Source: Longimicrobiales bacterium
GTDB taxonomy: Bacteria > Gemmatimonadota > Gemmatimonadetes > Longimicrobiales > Gaopeijiaceae
Direction of reading: 5' to 3'
Assembly: GCA_965248195.1 (NCBI GenBank)
Contig: CBDFIQ010000002.1
Location: 2,304,001 to 2,368,000, forward strand
Length of the DNA stretch: 64,000 bases
The number at the start of each line of letters is the position of its first letter. Within the stretch, counting starts at the first letter, position 1. The position numbers and the translations under genes are program-made. The notes under the pieces were generated by a model. The model ran no database searches. It worked only from the letters and a program-made list of their open reading frames with translations, and was not told where the DNA came from. Shown piece by piece: positions 20,415-30,886 of the stretch.

Positions 20415-21202
20415 GGCGATACACTCCCGGGGGTAAGCAGACTATAAAGAAGGATTGAGCCGGCGACCCCGGCATTCAAGGATTCCGCCTTACCCGGCAT
20501 CGGGATCGCGAGGCGTTTCGTGGATGCCGCCGTGACGTCAGCCCGCAGTCCCACGCCCTCGTTCCCTATGGCCAGAGCCCAGGATCCGGACACTTGGAAC
20601 GAGCGAACATCGTCGCCGGCCGGATCGGCGGCCAGAATCTCCACGCGCTGCTCTTCCAGCCACGGCCTGGCCTCGGCCCACGGCGCGCGGGCAATGTGTG
20701 TATGGAAGCTGGCCCCCGCGGCGGCGCGAACCGTTTTCGAATTCCATGGGTCCACGGAACCATCCAGGACGATCACGGCATCCACGCCAAAAGCTCGGGC
20801 CGCCCGGATGAGCGTTCCCATGTTGCCGGGATCCTGTAGCCCATCCAGAAGCAACAGGGTCGAGGGGGCACGGTTGTGGAGCTGTACGAGATCTAGGCCC
20901 GGCTCGGTGCAGATACAGAGCACGCCCTGAGTGTGCTCGGTGTCCGATAGCTCGGCCAGGCTGACGTCGTCCACCTCGTGGGTCTCCAAACCCCGCCCCG
21001 TTAGTGTGGAGGCGAGGGCTCGGCCCACCTGAGTATCGAACAATCGTGGCGACCGGACCGCGAAGCGGATGTCTGCTCCGGCTGCCAACGCCTCGGCCGA
21101 CGAGCGCACGCCCTCGACCAGCACCAGTCCTTCCCGTGGCCGTCCCTTGCGCGTCTTGAGGCGCTTGATGAGTTGTCGTTTGCTCTTGCTCAGCATCCGC
21201 AT
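20411..21202 (-). CDS. TrmH/SpoU-family RNA methyltransferase
   Basis: LQDPGNMGTLIR, IGNEGVG, ESLNAGVAG; true start at ATG 21202 or 21196 (the ORF-track extension is antisense to thiD). Confidence 0.93.
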   Translation of the reverse strand: MRMLSKSKRQLIKRLKTRKGRPREGLVLVEGVRSSAEALAAGADIRFAVRSPRLFDTQVGRALASTLTGRGLETHEVDDVSLAELSDTEHTQGVLCICTEPGLDLVQLHNRAPSTLLLLDGLQDPGNMGTLIRAARAFGVDAVIVLDGSVDPWNSKTVRAAAGASFHTHIARAPWAEARPWLEEQRVEILAADPAGDDVRSFQVSGSWALAIGNEGVGLRADVTAASTKRLAIPMPGKAESLNAGVAGSILLYSLLTPGSVSP

Positions 21203-21223
21203 TCCGATCAGTGTGTGGACTCC

Positions 21224-22045
21224 ATGGATAACCCACCCCCGGTAGCCCTCACAATCGCAGGCAGCGACAGCGGGGGCGGAGCCGGCATCCAGGCCGACCT
21301 CAAGACGTTCCATGCGTTCGGCGTTTTCGGCTGCAGCGCGATCACCGCCGTGACGGCTCAGAACACGATCGAGGTCGCCGCCATACACATGATTCCCGAG
21401 GAGATGGTCCGCGAGCAAATCCGTGCTGTGGCCTCGGACATTCTGCCGGACGCCGTCAAGACCGGCATGCTCGCAAGCGCCGCGTTGGTCGAGACCGTGG
21501 CTCACGCAATCGATGAGCATCGGCTGCCCAACTACGTGCTCGACCCGGTGATGATTTCCACGAGCGGACACCGTCTCCTCGATCGCGAGGCCGAGGATAC
21601 GATCCGTCGGGAGCTCATCCCGCTGGCCGCCGTGGTGACCCCGAACCTCCATGAAGCACGCATCCTCACGGGTCTGCCAGTCGAGGCCCCGGGTGACCTT
21701 GCGGAGGCCGCGCGGGCGATCCTCGACCTCGGTGCTCGCGCCGCGCTCGTGAAGGGCGGGCACCTGGCCGGGGACGAAGCCGTCGATCTGCTTCTCAGCG
21801 AGGAGGGGGAGCATATCTGGTCACGGCCTCGCATTTCCACAGCTGCTGGGCACGGTACTGGCTGTACACTTTCCGCGGCGCTGGCGGCGGGCTTGGCCGC
21901 GGGCCGACCGCTAGCGGACGCGGCGGCGGCGGCCGTTGATTTCGTTGCGCGGGCGCTCGCCGACGCACCTGGGTTAGGTGAAGGGCGTGGACCCATCAAC
22001 CACTTCGTGGGAGCTCGTCGGGAGGGAGGCAAGAAATCGGAGTGA
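21224..22045 (+). CDS. thiD: Hydroxymethylpyrimidine/phosphomethylpyrimidine kinase
   Basis: [51 protein letters not shown]. Confidence 0.97.
   Translation: MDNPPPVALTIAGSDSGGGAGIQADLKTFHAFGVFGCSAITAVTAQNTIEVAAIHMIPEEMVREQIRAVASDILPDAVKTGMLASAALVETVAHAIDEHRLPNYVLDPVMISTSGHRLLDREAEDTIRRELIPLAAVVTPNLHEARILTGLPVEAPGDLAEAARAILDLGARAALVKGGHLAGDEAVDLLLSEEGEHIWSRPRISTAAGHGTGCTLSAALAAGLAAGRPLADAAAAAVDFVARALADAPGLGEGRGPINHFVGARREGGKKSE
21947..21981 (+). repeat. 35-bp direct repeat, copy 1 (inside the thiD 3' end)
   Basis: GCGCGGGCGCTCGCCGACGCACCTGGGTTAGGTGA; 32/35 identical to 24614-24648. Confidence 0.85.
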
Positions 22046-22204
22046 TCGACAAACCGCAAGAGAAGCCGAGATTCCTTTGAAACCAGTCACATTGGGCAGC
22101 ATCTGGCTCTTCGAGTTGAAGCCCGGAAGCTGGGGATGTCATCAATCATCCAACGAGATGGGAGTGACCGTGAGCAGCACGAAGAGAATATCGGGCAATG
22201 GACC

Positions 22205-23071
22205 ATGAAAAAAACGACCCGACTCAAGGAAATGATCAACGCGCCGGAGATCTTGGTCATGCATCCGGCGCACGACGCTCTGAGTGCGCGCATTGCCGAG
22301 CAGGCGGGCGCGAAAGCGGTCACGGTCGGCGGCTTCGCGGCGTCCGGCGTGTTGCTCGGGCAGCCGGACAGCTCGCAGCTCACGGCGACGGAACTCGCCA
22401 CGTTCTATGAAGGCATCTGCGCCAGCGTCGACATCCCGGTGTTCGTCGATGCCGATACCGGCTTCGGCGGCGTCACCAACGTCATTCGTACCGTGAAAGA
22501 CTTCGAGCGTGCCGGCGTTGCAGGATTGTTTATCGAGGACCAGCTGTTTCCCAAACGCTGTGGGCATACGGCCGGCAAGGATGTCATCTCGACCGAGGAA
22601 ATGGTGCCGAAACTGAAGGCCGCGCTCGATAACCGCACTGACGAGGACCTCGTCATCATGGGCCGCACCGATGCGCTTGGGGTGCTCGGCATCGAAGACG
22701 CGATTGCGCGCGCCAACCTCTATCGCGAGACCGGCTGCGACATGGTGTTTGTCGAAGCGCCTGAGACCACCTTGCAGATGCGACGCATCTGCGAGGAAGT
22801 GGACGGTCCGGTGCTGGCAAACATGATCGAATTCGGGCGCTCGCCGCTGCTGGCCTCGCACCAGTTGCAGGAACTCGGGTTCGCGGCCGCCGTCTGGCCC
22901 GTTGCGTCGGTGTTCGTGGTGTCGCGGGCGCTGGAGGTCCTCTACCGCACAATAACGGAAACCGGATCGACGATATCGCTGCACGAGCAGATGGTGGACT
23001 TCGAGGAATACATGAAGATCGTCCGCCTATCCGAGCTGCGCGACACGGAGGCGCGTTATGAAAAGATTTAA
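22205..23071 (+). CDS. Isocitrate lyase/PEP mutase superfamily enzyme (PrpB/DMML/oxaloacetate-hydrolase-like)
   Basis: DALSAR, DADTGFG, IEDQLFPKRCGH, GRTDA, FVEAP; start ATG 22205. Confidence 0.92.
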   Translation: MKKTTRLKEMINAPEILVMHPAHDALSARIAEQAGAKAVTVGGFAASGVLLGQPDSSQLTATELATFYEGICASVDIPVFVDADTGFGGVTNVIRTVKDFERAGVAGLFIEDQLFPKRCGHTAGKDVISTEEMVPKLKAALDNRTDEDLVIMGRTDALGVLGIEDAIARANLYRETGCDMVFVEAPETTLQMRRICEEVDGPVLANMIEFGRSPLLASHQLQELGFAAAVWPVASVFVVSRALEVLYRTITETGSTISLHEQMVDFEEYMKIVRLSELRDTEARYEKI

Positions 23072-23092
23072 CCGGGTCTGGACCGCGAGCTG

Positions 23093-24538
23093 ATGATGCG
23101 CCGCGCCGGCCTCGTCGCCGGCCCGTTGTTGGCGGCGTTGCTGTACCTGTGGATTCCGGAAGGACTGCAGGATCCGGCGGGTGGCGAACTGCAGCTCGGC
23201 ATGGCCGGCCGCATGACGGGCGCGCTGGCCGGCTGGATGGCCATTTGGTGGATGACCGAGGCCATACCGATATTCGTCACGGCGCTGCTGCCCGCGATCG
23301 TGCTCCCGCTGACCGGCGCCCAGGACTTTTTCGACACCACCGCCGTGTACGCGCACCCACTCATATTTCTCGCGCTGGGTGGGTTCGTCCTGGCGCTGGC
23401 GCTGGAGCGCTGGGACCTGCACCGGCGCTTCGCGGCGTCCGTACTGCGCATCGTCGGCAACGGGCCGCGCCGTCTGGTAGGTGGGTTCATGATCGTCGGG
23501 GCCGCGCTCAGCATGTGGATCTCCAACACGGCCGCGTCCGTGATCATGCTGCCGATCGCGCTGAGCATCATCGCCGCCGATAACCAGACCGCCGACTACC
23601 ATCCACGCTTTCGGGTGTGCCTGCTGCTCGGCACCGCTTATGCGTGCTCGATCGGTGGCATGGGCACGCTGATTGGAACCGGCACCAACGTGTTTCTCGC
23701 GTCGTTCGTGGAGAGCGAGCTGCAGCGCGACATATCGTTTGCTGGCTGGATGCGTCTCGGCGTGCCGCTCGTGCTGGTGTTCCTGCCGCTCGCCTGGCTG
23801 TTGCTGACGCACGTCATTTTCCGCCTTCCAGCCGTGGCCGAGACCGAGACCGAGACCGACCCTAGGGTATTGCTGCCTGAGCAAGGGCCCTGGTCCACCG
23901 GCGAAAAGCGCACGTTTGCCGTGTTCTGTCTCGCTGTCGTCGGCTGGGTCGGCTCGCCGTTACTGGTCAAGCTGCCCTGGTTCAGCAACCTGTCCGACCC
24001 GGGCGTCGCCATGCTCTGTATGTTGCTGCTGTTTCTAATCCCCGACGGGCGCGGAGAGGGTAGCACGCTGATGGACTGGGACACCGCCGTGAAACTGCCG
24101 TGGGGAGTGCTGTTGCTGTTCGGTGGCGGGCTAGCATTGGCTGGCGCGATCGAGGACAACGGCATAGGCGCCGCGCTTGCGCTAAACTCTGCAAGACTTC
24201 AGGGCGTGCCGCCGGTGCTTGTTGTGGTGTTTGCCGTCGTCCTGATGACTTTCCTGACGGAGCTGACCAGTAATCTCGCCAGCACCGCCACCTTGGTGCC
24301 GGTGTTCGCGGCCCTGGCCGGCGGCATGGGTATCGACCCGCTGGCGATCACCATCCCGACCGCGCTGGCTGCAAGCTGCGCGTTCATGCTGCCGGCGGCC
24401 ACGCCGCCGAACAGCATCGTGTTCGGCTCCGGCATGCTGCGCATCCCCGACATGGTGCGCGCTGGGATCTGGATCAACGCACTAGGGATCGTGGTGATCT
24501 CGCTGCTGGCTTATCCGCTGGTCGGTATGCTGTTCTGA
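23093..24538 (+). CDS. SLC13/DASS family Na+:dicarboxylate/sulfate symporter
   Basis: WWMTEAIP, LSMWISNTA, GGMGTLIGT, LTELTSN, AFMLPAATPPN. Confidence 0.95.
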   Translation: MMRRAGLVAGPLLAALLYLWIPEGLQDPAGGELQLGMAGRMTGALAGWMAIWWMTEAIPIFVTALLPAIVLPLTGAQDFFDTTAVYAHPLIFLALGGFVLALALERWDLHRRFAASVLRIVGNGPRRLVGGFMIVGAALSMWISNTAASVIMLPIALSIIAADNQTADYHPRFRVCLLLGTAYACSIGGMGTLIGTGTNVFLASFVESELQRDISFAGWMRLGVPLVLVFLPLAWLLLTHVIFRLPAVAETETETDPRVLLPEQGPWSTGEKRTFAVFCLAVVGWVGSPLLVKLPWFSNLSDPGVAMLCMLLLFLIPDGRGEGSTLMDWDTAVKLPWGVLLLFGGGLALAGAIEDNGIGAALALNSARLQGVPPVLVVVFAVVLMTFLTELTSNLASTATLVPVFAALAGGMGIDPLAITIPTALAASCAFMLPAATPPNSIVFGSGMLRIPDMVRAGIWINALGIVVISLLAYPLVGMLF

Positions 24539-24613
24539 TCCGGCGCGGCGATAAGCTTCAATGCTCACGTCTGACTGAGTACACCTGCTGGAGTGTTAAC
24601 GGTTCTCAGAGCC

Positions 24614-24648
24614 GCGCGGGCGCTCGCCGAAGCACCTGGCTTGGGTGA
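24614..24648 (+). repeat. 35-bp direct repeat, copy 2 (orphan thiD fragment)
   Basis: GCGCGGGCGCTCGCCGAAGCACCTGGCTTGGGTGA, reads ARALAEAPGLG. Confidence 0.85.
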
Positions 24649-24672
24649 TTCCGGGAAGCGCGTGCGCCGACC

Positions 24673-24751
24673 TGTCATTTTGGCACTGTATGCCCCGAAA
24701 AGGCGCCAGTTTGGCTGATCTTAGGCGCTTTTACCCGGCATGATGATTGCA
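24673..24751 (+). promoter_or_regulatory. Putative sigma54 promoter of dnaK with two upstream palindromes
   Basis: CCGGCATGATGATTGCA (24735-24751; GG-N10-GC, TTGCA); TGTCATTTTGGCA (24673-24685) and CGCCAGTTTGGCT (24704-24716). Confidence 0.6.
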
Positions 24752-24854
24752 AACCCACCAGCAGCAACGCATCAATGACTCGCTGGACCCGCTACGCGGG
24801 CCCGTCGTACAACGATCTTGGCCAGAGCGGCCTTGGCGCACTCGAGGAGCGGAC

Positions 24855-26789
24855 ATGGGAAAGGTTATCGGGATCGATCTGGGGACTACCAACTCGGTCG
24901 TGGCGGTCATGGAGGGTGGTGAGCCGGTTGTGATTCCCAACTCCGAGGGCGGCCGGACCACACCTTCCGTGGTGGCGTTCACCAAGGACGGTGAGCGGCT
25001 CGTGGGCCAGGTGGCCCGCCGCCAGGCGATCACCAATCCTGAGAATACGATCTTCTCGATCAAGCGGTTCATGGGCCGCAAGGGCGACGAGGTAACAGCG
25101 GAACAGAAACTCGTTCCCTACGCGGTCAAGACCGACTCCAAGGGACGCGTGGAAATCAAGATCCCGAACGCGGACAAGACGTTCACGCCCCCCGAGATCT
25201 CGGCGATGATCCTTCAGAAGATGAAACAAACCGCCGAGGACTACCTGGGCCAAAAGGTCGAACAGGCCGTCATCACGGTTCCGGCCTACTTCAACGATGC
25301 CCAACGCCAGGCCACCAAAGACGCAGGAAAGATCGCGGGCCTGGAGGTACTTCGCATCATCAACGAGCCCACCGCGGCCGCTCTGGCCTACGGGCTCGAA
25401 AAAAAGGCCGACGAGAAGATCGCCGTATTCGACCTCGGTGGTGGCACATACGACATTTCCGTCCTCGAGCTGGGTGACGGCGTCTTCGAGGTGAAGTCGA
25501 CCAACGGGGATACGCACCTGGGCGGCGACGACCTCGACCAGAAGGTCATCGACTGGCTGGTCAAGGAATTCAAGAAGGACCAGGGGATCGACCTTTCCAA
25601 GGACGCGATGGCGCTCCAGCGCCTGAAGGAGGCGTCGGAAAAAGCCAAGATGGAGCTTTCTTCGACGCAGCAGACCGACATCAACCTGCCCTTCATCACT
25701 GCGACCCAGGACGGGCCCAAGCACCTCAATTATTCGCTCACGAGAGCGAAGTTCGAGCAGTTGGTCGACGATCTGATCCAGCGGACGCTTCCGCCGATGA
25801 AAAAGGCGCTCGAGGACGCCGGGATCGAGCCGTCTGCCATCGACGAGGTGATTCTGGTCGGGGGGTCGACGCGGATCCCCAAGATCCAGGAAGTGGTCGA
25901 GGAGTTCTTCGGCAAGGAGCCCCACAAGGGTGTGAACCCGGACGAGGTCGTGGGCGTGGGCGCGTCCATCCAAGCCGGCGTCCTGTCCGGAGACGTGACC
26001 GATGTGCTGCTCCTGGACGTCACGCCGCTGTCACTCGGCATCGAGACGCTCGGCGGCGTGATGACGCCCCTGATCACGCGAAACACCACGATTCCGACCG
26101 AAAAGGCCGAGATCTTCTCCACGGCCGAAGACAACCAGACCACGGTCGAGATCCACGTGCTCCAAGGCGAGCGGAAGATGGCGCTCGACAACAGAACGAT
26201 CGGCAAGTTCCAACTCACCGGCATTCCGCCGGCGTCGCGCGGCACGCCTCAGGTCGAGGTCACTTTCGACATCGACGCCAACGGGATTCTGCACGTCAAG
26301 GCCAAGGACAACACCACGGGCAAAGAGCAGAAGATCCGTATCGAGGCGTCGAGCGGCTTGAGCGACAGCGAGATCGAGAAAATGGTCAAGGACGCGGAGG
26401 CCCACGCCGGCGAGGACGAAGAGCGCCGGGAGAACGTCGAGGCACGCAACCAGCTCGACTCGCTCGTCTATCAGGTCGAGAAGGACTCGGCCGAGTGGGC
26501 CGATCAGGTCTCCGAGAGCACGAAGGAAGCGCTCGATGGCGCGGTCGAAAGCGCCAAGGAAGTGCTCAAGGGGGAGGATACCGCAGCGTTCAATTCGGCT
26601 CGTGATGAACTCATGCAGGCGTTCAGCGCCGCCGGCCAGGAGATGTATCAGTCGCAGGCGGCCGAGGCCGAGGCGGGCGCCGAGGACGAAGCCACGGATG
26701 GCGTGGAAGAGGAGGGGGAGGGGGAGGACGGCGACGCGGACGCGTCCGACGAAGAGGTCGTGGAAGCCGACTACGAGATCGTCGAATAG
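24855..26789 (+). CDS. dnaK: Chaperone DnaK (Hsp70)
   Basis: [38 protein letters not shown] before ATG 24855. Confidence 0.99.
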   Translation: MGKVIGIDLGTTNSVVAVMEGGEPVVIPNSEGGRTTPSVVAFTKDGERLVGQVARRQAITNPENTIFSIKRFMGRKGDEVTAEQKLVPYAVKTDSKGRVEIKIPNADKTFTPPEISAMILQKMKQTAEDYLGQKVEQAVITVPAYFNDAQRQATKDAGKIAGLEVLRIINEPTAAALAYGLEKKADEKIAVFDLGGGTYDISVLELGDGVFEVKSTNGDTHLGGDDLDQKVIDWLVKEFKKDQGIDLSKDAMALQRLKEASEKAKMELSSTQQTDINLPFITATQDGPKHLNYSLTRAKFEQLVDDLIQRTLPPMKKALEDAGIEPSAIDEVILVGGSTRIPKIQEVVEEFFGKEPHKGVNPDEVVGVGASIQAGVLSGDVTDVLLLDVTPLSLGIETLGGVMTPLITRNTTIPTEKAEIFSTAEDNQTTVEIHVLQGERKMALDNRTIGKFQLTGIPPASRGTPQVEVTFDIDANGILHVKAKDNTTGKEQKIRIEASSGLSDSEIEKMVKDAEAHAGEDEERRENVEARNQLDSLVYQVEKDSAEWADQVSESTKEALDGAVESAKEVLKGEDTAAFNSARDELMQAFSAAGQEMYQSQAAEAEAGAEDEATDGVEEEGEGEDGDADASDEEVVEADYEIVE

Positions 26790-26981
26790 GGAGCCCACAA
26801 GGCAACCGCACGGCGCCCAACGGCAGGGGCGTGTGGGCGCTCACTCTGGGCCGTGGGCAACCCTGCCAGCCTTGGGGTTGATCCAAGAAGCGTGTACAAT
26901 GGAGAGTGGACCGCCGGGTCCCCGATCGTGTAGTAGGTCGCGCGTGGGCGGGTTCGCACGTGTAAACATTCCATCGGAAGT

Positions 26982-28556
26982 GTGAGGAAAATGTCGATAC
27001 ATGATCCGTTTCGCGCCAAAGTGAAGGTGGCGTTTTACACTGCGGCCGCGGCTCTCATGGGGCTCGGAATCGCGTCCACCCTCGGGTGGAGTGGCGCGTC
27101 CCACGCCATGCCCGTCATCGGAACCGAGCCGCAGATTCCGGTCCAGGCAGTGCAGCCGGCGCTTGACCTCAGCGATGCGTTTGTCAACGTCGCCCAGATC
27201 GTCACTCCGGCGGTCGTGCGGATCGAAGCACGACGCGAAGCGCGAGGCCAGTCCGCCGGTTCACAATCGCCGCGCCTACGCGTGCCGAACCAGAATCCGC
27301 AGGATCGGCCGGATCGGCCGGATCGGGTCTCCGGGGGAAGCGGATTCATCATCTCCGAGGATGGTTACATCCTTACCAACAACCACGTCGTCGATGGGGC
27401 GGACCTTCTCACCGTTTTTCTCCAGGATCGGCGCTCCTTCCAGGCCCAGGTCGTGGGACGGGATCCGTTCACGGACGTGGCGGTGATCAAAATCGACGCA
27501 CCCGATCTGAGCAGGCTCAACTTCGGGAGCTCAGCCGACCTCCGTGTCGGAGAGTGGATCATGGCCATCGGCAACCCCGGCTTCAGTGGTGCGAGCTCTC
27601 CCCTGGATTACACGGTGACTGTAGGGATCGTCAGCGCCCTCGGACGCCCCCTTCGGTTGCTTTCGCGGGGGCTCCGGGAGGACGAGGCGACTAGGGTCAA
27701 CGCCGGATTCGCCATCGAGGATTTCATCCAGACCGACGCCGTGATCAATCCGGGCAACTCGGGGGGGCCGATGGTGAATCTCCGGGGGCAGGTCGTCGGA
27801 ATCAATTCCGCCATCGCCAGCCAGACGGGCTACTACCAGGGGTACGGATTCGCGATTCCCATCGACCTGGCGTACCGGGTCACGGAAGATTTGATCGAGT
27901 TCGGACGTGTACGCAGGGCCTGGCTCGGCGTAGGGATGCGTGCGATCGACGCGATCTCAGCCGAGAGTTACGGCCTCCCGACGGTTTCGGGCGTCGAGTT
28001 GACAACGATCACCGAGGGCGGGCCGTCGGAAGCGCAAGGCCTTCGTGTGTATGACGTGATCGTCGAAATCGACGGCCAGACAATCGGACGCGTGGGGCAG
28101 ATGCAGCAGGCCATCGCGATGAAACGCCCGGGTGACCGTATCGCCGTAGAAGTGTACCGGAACGGCAGACCCGTGACCGTAAACATCCAACTCGGCGAAG
28201 CTTCCCTTCAGGGACAGCCTGAGGTCGTAGCCGTCGCGGCACCCGTCCGCGAAGAAGAGCGGATGGACGACAAGCTCGGGCTCCGAATCGAAGACATGGA
28301 TCGTACCAGCGCCCTGGAGTTCGGTTACGACGACGTGGACGGCGTGGTGATCACGGACGTTCAGGTGAACGGGCCGGCGGCACAACGAGGGGTCGCTCCC
28401 GGCTGGAAGATCCTCGAAATCAACCGGGAGCCGGTCGAGGAAATGTCGGACGTACGGCGGATCATGGCGAGCGTGGACCCGGGAGAGATTGTGACGCTCC
28501 ACGTCGCTACGCCCAACGATAACCGACAGATCTTCCACATCCGGGTTTCGAGTTGA
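26982..28556 (+). CDS. degP: HtrA/DegP-family serine endoprotease with two PDZ domains
   Basis: GSGFII, TNNHVV, DVAVIK, IQTDAVINPGNSGGP; the start may be ATG 26991. Confidence 0.93.
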   Translation: MRKMSIHDPFRAKVKVAFYTAAAALMGLGIASTLGWSGASHAMPVIGTEPQIPVQAVQPALDLSDAFVNVAQIVTPAVVRIEARREARGQSAGSQSPRLRVPNQNPQDRPDRPDRVSGGSGFIISEDGYILTNNHVVDGADLLTVFLQDRRSFQAQVVGRDPFTDVAVIKIDAPDLSRLNFGSSADLRVGEWIMAIGNPGFSGASSPLDYTVTVGIVSALGRPLRLLSRGLREDEATRVNAGFAIEDFIQTDAVINPGNSGGPMVNLRGQVVGINSAIASQTGYYQGYGFAIPIDLAYRVTEDLIEFGRVRRAWLGVGMRAIDAISAESYGLPTVSGVELTTITEGGPSEAQGLRVYDVIVEIDGQTIGRVGQMQQAIAMKRPGDRIAVEVYRNGRPVTVNIQLGEASLQGQPEVVAVAAPVREEERMDDKLGLRIEDMDRTSALEFGYDDVDGVVITDVQVNGPAAQRGVAPGWKILEINREPVEEMSDVRRIMASVDPGEIVTLHVATPNDNRQIFHIRVSS

Positions 28557-28695
28557 CGGCCTAGGGATTCGAGTAACGACGAAGCGGTTCGAGTACGCAT
28601 GCAGGGCGTGTTGCCTCCGGGTGGCGCGCCCTTCGCGTTTCGACCGTCCCCTGTCGTCGGGGGGCGGGCCCGGCCAGCAGCCGGACGCCATCCCG

Positions 28696-28724
28696 TTGAT
28701 GGGGTTTTCGGGCCTCGTTATCTT
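28696..28724 (+). promoter_or_regulatory. Putative sigma70 promoter for tRNA-Leu/tig
   Basis: TTGATG-N17-TATCTT. Confidence 0.45.
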
Positions 28725-28765
28725 TGACTTACCGAGTTACCTACCCGATTCCATGCCCCATCTCG

Positions 28766-28848
28766 GCGAAAGTGGCGGAATTGGTAGACGCGCAGGATTT
28801 AGGATCCTGTGGCTTCATGCCGTGGGGGTTCGAGTCCCCCCTTTCGCA
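28766..28848 (+). tRNA. tRNA-Leu(TAG)
   Basis: Acceptor GCGAAAG/CTTTCGC+A, D-arm TGGCGGAATTGGTAGACGC, anticodon arm CAGGA-TTTAGGA-TCCTG, long variable arm, GTTCGAGTC; CCA not encoded. Confidence 0.96.
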
Positions 28849-28892
28849 TTCAGACCGACGGTGAGATGCCGATCTTGAGAAAAAGTGTGTAA

Positions 28893-30155
28893 ATGACGAT
28901 CGAGGGAACGCAACTCCAGATATCCGTCGAAGAGGGCGAGCGGTGGCGCCGGACCATGAGCGTCACGGTACCCTCCGGCATGGTCAGTTCGGAGCGGCGT
29001 CGGCTTACTGGGGAGCTCGCCGCACGCGTCAAGCTTCCGGGATTTCGGAAGGGGCACGTCCCGTCTTCGGTGGTTGAGAAACGTTTCGGTGACTCATTGA
29101 GCCGGGACGCCCTCGACAAACTCATCGGGGCCGCATACCGAGAAGCGTTGAGCCAGCAGGAGCTCAGCCCGATTTCCGAGGGGGAAGTCGGCAACGTGCA
29201 ATACGAACCCGACCGGGACTTGACCTTCTCGATCTCCTTCGACGTACGACCGGAAATCGAGCTTTCGCGGCTCGGTGGGTTCAAGGTTGAACGGCCACCG
29301 ATCGAGGGCTTGGACAACAGACTCGAGGAGGTCTTGGGGCGGCTCCGGGAGGAGAGAGGCACTTGGCAGCCGGTGGATGACGGCCGCCCTGAGGACGGGG
29401 ATCTGGTGGGTGTGGAAATCCAACGGATCGAGGACGGCGAGGCCGGGGAGGTGCAGCCGTATCAGTTGGTTCTCGGGCAGGGAGACGCGATCCCCGATAT
29501 CGAAAAGGCGATCAAGTCACTTGAGGTAGAGGGATCCGGCGAGTTCGTGGTTCGTTTTCCGGACGACTTCCCCAATGAGGAGCGCCAGGGCCGGGAAGAG
29601 CAACTCCTCGTCCGGCTGAACTCTCGGCAGGGCCTCGAAGTGCCAGAGTTGGACGCCGACTTCGCCAAGAGCCTCGGGGATTTCGCGAACGTCGATGACC
29701 TGACCGAAAAAATCCGGGAGGATCTTGAGAAAGAAGCGGCGGAACAGGCCGAATCAGTCGTCCGGGGAAAGCTTCTGGATGCGATTCTGGACGCGAATCC
29801 CTTTACGGTGCCGGTTTCAATGGTGGACCGCTACGTGGAATCGGTGCTTGGCAACCCCGAGGGAGTGTCCCCCGAGAAGCTGGTGGAGGCCAGGGAGCAG
29901 ATCTCACCTCAGGCCGAGCACGCGGTAAAACGGATCTTGGCGATCGACCGCCTCTCCGAGATACAAGACCTTCGGGCCACCGAGGAAGAGCTCGATGGCC
30001 GGATCGAAGAGATCGCCGAAAAAAGCGGAGACACGCCCGCACAGATTTATGCCAATTTACAAAAGACCGAGAGGCTCGAGGCGTTGGAGCGAGAGATTAC
30101 GGAGCGAAAGGTGTTCGACTTTCTCAAGGAACAGTCGGAAATCACTGAAAACTGA
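28893..30155 (+). CDS. tig: Trigger factor
   Basis: LPGFRKGHVP, FKBP-like middle domain, position between tRNA-Leu and clpP. Confidence 0.96.
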   Translation: MTIEGTQLQISVEEGERWRRTMSVTVPSGMVSSERRRLTGELAARVKLPGFRKGHVPSSVVEKRFGDSLSRDALDKLIGAAYREALSQQELSPISEGEVGNVQYEPDRDLTFSISFDVRPEIELSRLGGFKVERPPIEGLDNRLEEVLGRLREERGTWQPVDDGRPEDGDLVGVEIQRIEDGEAGEVQPYQLVLGQGDAIPDIEKAIKSLEVEGSGEFVVRFPDDFPNEERQGREEQLLVRLNSRQGLEVPELDADFAKSLGDFANVDDLTEKIREDLEKEAAEQAESVVRGKLLDAILDANPFTVPVSMVDRYVESVLGNPEGVSPEKLVEAREQISPQAEHAVKRILAIDRLSEIQDLRATEEELDGRIEEIAEKSGDTPAQIYANLQKTERLEALEREITERKVFDFLKEQSEITEN

Positions 30156-30178
30156 CCTGACGGGAGCAACCTGCAGAC

Positions 30179-30856
30179 ATGCCGATCTACCCCCCATACG
30201 TCATCGAGCGGACGAGCCGAGGAGAGCGGAGCTACGACATTTTCAGCCGGCTCCTCATGGACCGCATCATCTTCCTCGGCACCGGCATCGACGACAACGT
30301 AGCCAACATCATCGTGGCCCAGCTTCTGTTCCTCGACGCCGAGAATCCGGAACGCGACGTCTTTCTTTACGTGAACTCCCCCGGCGGTGGGGTTTACGCG
30401 GGCCTCGCGATCTATGACACGATCCAGCACATGAGGGCTCCCGTCGCAACCTTCGCGGTCGGCATCGCGGCCTCGATGGCCGCCGTGCTGGTCGCGGCTG
30501 GCGAAAAAGGCAAGCGAGGCGCCCTTCCCAACTCACGGATCATGATCCATCAGCCTTCCGGCGGATCCCAGGGTACGGCGGCCGACATCGAGATCGCGGC
30601 GAGAGAGATCCTGTACACACGCACGCGGCTCAACGAGATTTTAGCTAAGCACACGGGTCAATCGCTGGAGCAGGTCCAGGACGATGTGGATCGCGACCGG
30701 TTCATGAGTCCGGAGGAAGCGGTCGAGTACGGCCTCATTGATCGAGTGCTCGAGGGTCCCGTCGGGAACGGCTCGGGTCCGAAAGATTCGCATGCCAAGC
30801 TCGAACCCTCGGAGCCCGAACCCTCGGAGCTCGAACGCTCAGAGGACGAGGAGTAA
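30179..30856 (+). CDS. clpP: ATP-dependent Clp protease proteolytic subunit
   Basis: YVNSPGG, AASMAA, IMIHQP, DRDRFM. Confidence 0.98.
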   Translation: MPIYPPYVIERTSRGERSYDIFSRLLMDRIIFLGTGIDDNVANIIVAQLLFLDAENPERDVFLYVNSPGGGVYAGLAIYDTIQHMRAPVATFAVGIAASMAAVLVAAGEKGKRGALPNSRIMIHQPSGGSQGTAADIEIAAREILYTRTRLNEILAKHTGQSLEQVQDDVDRDRFMSPEEAVEYGLIDRVLEGPVGNGSGPKDSHAKLEPSEPEPSELERSEDEE

Positions 30857-30886
30857 CCACGCACGCACGAGTAGAGGACGCACGAC

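Noticed and set aside
21203..21814. Apparent N-terminal extension making TrmH a 467-aa fusion
   Set aside because: It is the antisense of thiD; the TrmH domain starts at 21202/21196.
24681..24710. Possible CIRCE (HrcA) operator before dnaK
   Set aside because: Only TTGGCACT resembles the left arm; the right arm and 9-bp spacing do not fit TTAGCACTC-N9-GAGTGCTAA.
27302..27326. Short coding microsatellites (DRP x3 in degP; ET x3 near 23840 in SLC13)
   Set aside because: In-frame low-complexity linkers, not phase-variation tracts.
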